NCBI GenBank assembly: GCA_965233585.1
Contig: CBDDTI010000020.1
Coordinates: 1 to 10,528, forward strand
DNA: 10,528 nt
DNA from: a bacterium
GTDB taxonomy: Bacteria > SAR324 > NAC60-12
Direction of reading: 5' to 3'
Shown: positions 9,089-10,528 of the stretch, in pieces
How positions within the stretch are numbered: the stretch's first letter is position 1
Layout: each line of letters opens with the position of its first letter
Notes under the pieces: model-generated
What the model saw: only the letters and a program-made list of their open reading frames with translations
Database searches by the model: none
Told to the model about the DNA's origin: nothing
Position numbers and translations under genes: made by a program

Positions 9089-9612
9089 ATATTAAAAACA
9101 TCTTAAGAACGTTTTCAGCCTTAGATCGCAAAAAATGTAAGAATATTCAGCGTCAGCTCCAAAATTAGACGTTTTCATAACAAAAATGGGGCTTTTTTAA
9201 TAAAGAAAAAAAGGTCGAAATAAAGAGTAAAAAAGGTGTGATGCGATTTATTAGAAAATGAAAAATAAGGTGATCTTGCAGATCTCGAGTCAAAAACAAC
9301 CTAGTATAGTGAAATCTCGATTTCTTTGAGTTGCAGTTAGGATTGCCAAATTGTTCAACCCGTGCAAATGCGGGCCAAAAGTTTTCTCTTGTTGGAAAAT
9401 TTGTTACTCAGCAGTTTGCTTCTCTGGAATAGCCAAATATAATGATGTTGACTTGTGGAGCATTATACACCGCCCACATAATAAGTTGCATGATTACAAA
9501 ACACCTGTTTCAGTTACGGAATTAATGTTTGGTGTTTTATTATGGCTACCCGTTCAACAAAAATTCAAATATTTCACATCTTCTACCCACGCAGCGGAAC
9601 CTGGAGGAGGCT

Positions 9613-9648
9613 TATATATACAACAAATACATGAGAACATTTTCATTT
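9613..9648 (+). promoter_or_regulatory. Putative TATA + Initiator core promoter
   Basis: TATATATA at 9613-9620 and Inr-like TCATTT with A at 9645 place the TATA box at -32/-30. A GC-box-like CCGCCC lies at 9470-9475. Confidence 0.5.
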
Positions 9649-9750
9649 AAATCTCTTTTGAAACAACCACAAGAGGTAGAAAGTGTACCAACTTCGTTTA
9701 AATTTTTCGTGAGCTTCGCGTCGGTCCATCGCTTTGGCATCTTTTAAGAG
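9645..9750 (+). other. Putative non-coding first exon
   Basis: It runs from the Inr candidate to a strong donor GAG|GTAAGG (GT at 9751-9752). The 106 nt contain no ATG. Confidence 0.45.
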
Positions 9751-10528
9751 GTAAGGTTCTTTACTGTAACAAGTTTGATTGGAGCAGTTTAAGCTTATCT
9801 TTTTTTCAAGATGTACCACTAACCCATCTGCTTGATGTGGCTGAGCCAATATTATATTGGCGTTTAAATTTACCACTTAAAAATACATGCCAGGGTCCAT
9901 ATTGATATGGTCTATTCCAATTTATGAAAGATTAGTTTTTCGCTTATCATGAGAGCGGGTTCGAGTCCTATAGAGGTTTCAAATGATAAGTCTTTATAAC
10001 TGTGCCCCATTCGACTTACATAAGTATAACAGGCTTTGAACAAATTATAACATAAACCTTAACAATTATACTGCCGAAAAAAAGCTGCACTGGACAACAT
10101 GTTATTCATAGGGAAAAGCTAGAAATTCTGCAACGTGCTACTGAACAGCTCGAGAAAACTGAAGCACCTTTCAGTCTGATAAGCCACTCGCTTCGATCGT
10201 AAAGCCACGTTTTGCGAGTAGGATGCAAAGCGGGATTCAAAAATATATTTAAAAGATCCTTGGGAAACATTCTGTCGTTTATTACGCGTCAAGATCAACC
10301 CCACTCGGGCGAGCTCCCACCGTCACCAAGAGCTGCCAACAACGGATCAGACGTTTCTGTCTCCCTATAGTCTTTAATTTTATTAGTATAATCATGCTTA
10401 AAGTAATCAGATATATATCAAATATATCGTCTTTTATGACAAGGGCTCATTCTTGATCCGCCAGTTTCATTGAATTTACGTGAAGACTTTTAATTTGTTC
10501 CACTTGTATCTTGCACGTTATTTACGAT

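Noticed and set aside
9351..9876. Three overlapping ORFs (99, 72 and 77 aa)
   Set aside because: They have non-ATG starts and no recognisable domains, and are better explained by the promoter and non-coding exon model.
9958..9968. B-box-like GGTTCGAGTCC
   Set aside because: There is no A box or cloverleaf around it. It is at most a SINE scrap, not a tRNA gene.

Overview
AT-rich eukaryotic (animal) genomic DNA with no protein-coding gene I can support. All ORFs in the track are short (99 aa or less), have no recognisable domain, and several lie inside repeats. The repeat content resembles families I recall from stony coral/cnidarian genomes (inference, not a database result). It comprises foldback MITEs at 413-562 and 5234-5511, a truncated tRNA-derived SINE at 7584-7717 abutting a decayed MITE, and a 550-bp TTAA-flanked element (8215-8764) nested inside an older ~1-kb element (8150-~9190). 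The unique DNA carries splice and promoter signals suggesting the 5' ends of two divergent transcription units. On the minus strand are ATG-less exons at ~4046-4144 and 2233-2379, next to a GTCACG/ETS motif cluster. On the plus strand is a TATA/Inr promoter with an ATG-less first exon at 9645-9750. I found no convincing evidence of a new biological system. The best leads are the nested transposon architecture, the motif cluster and possible overlapping sense/antisense exons.
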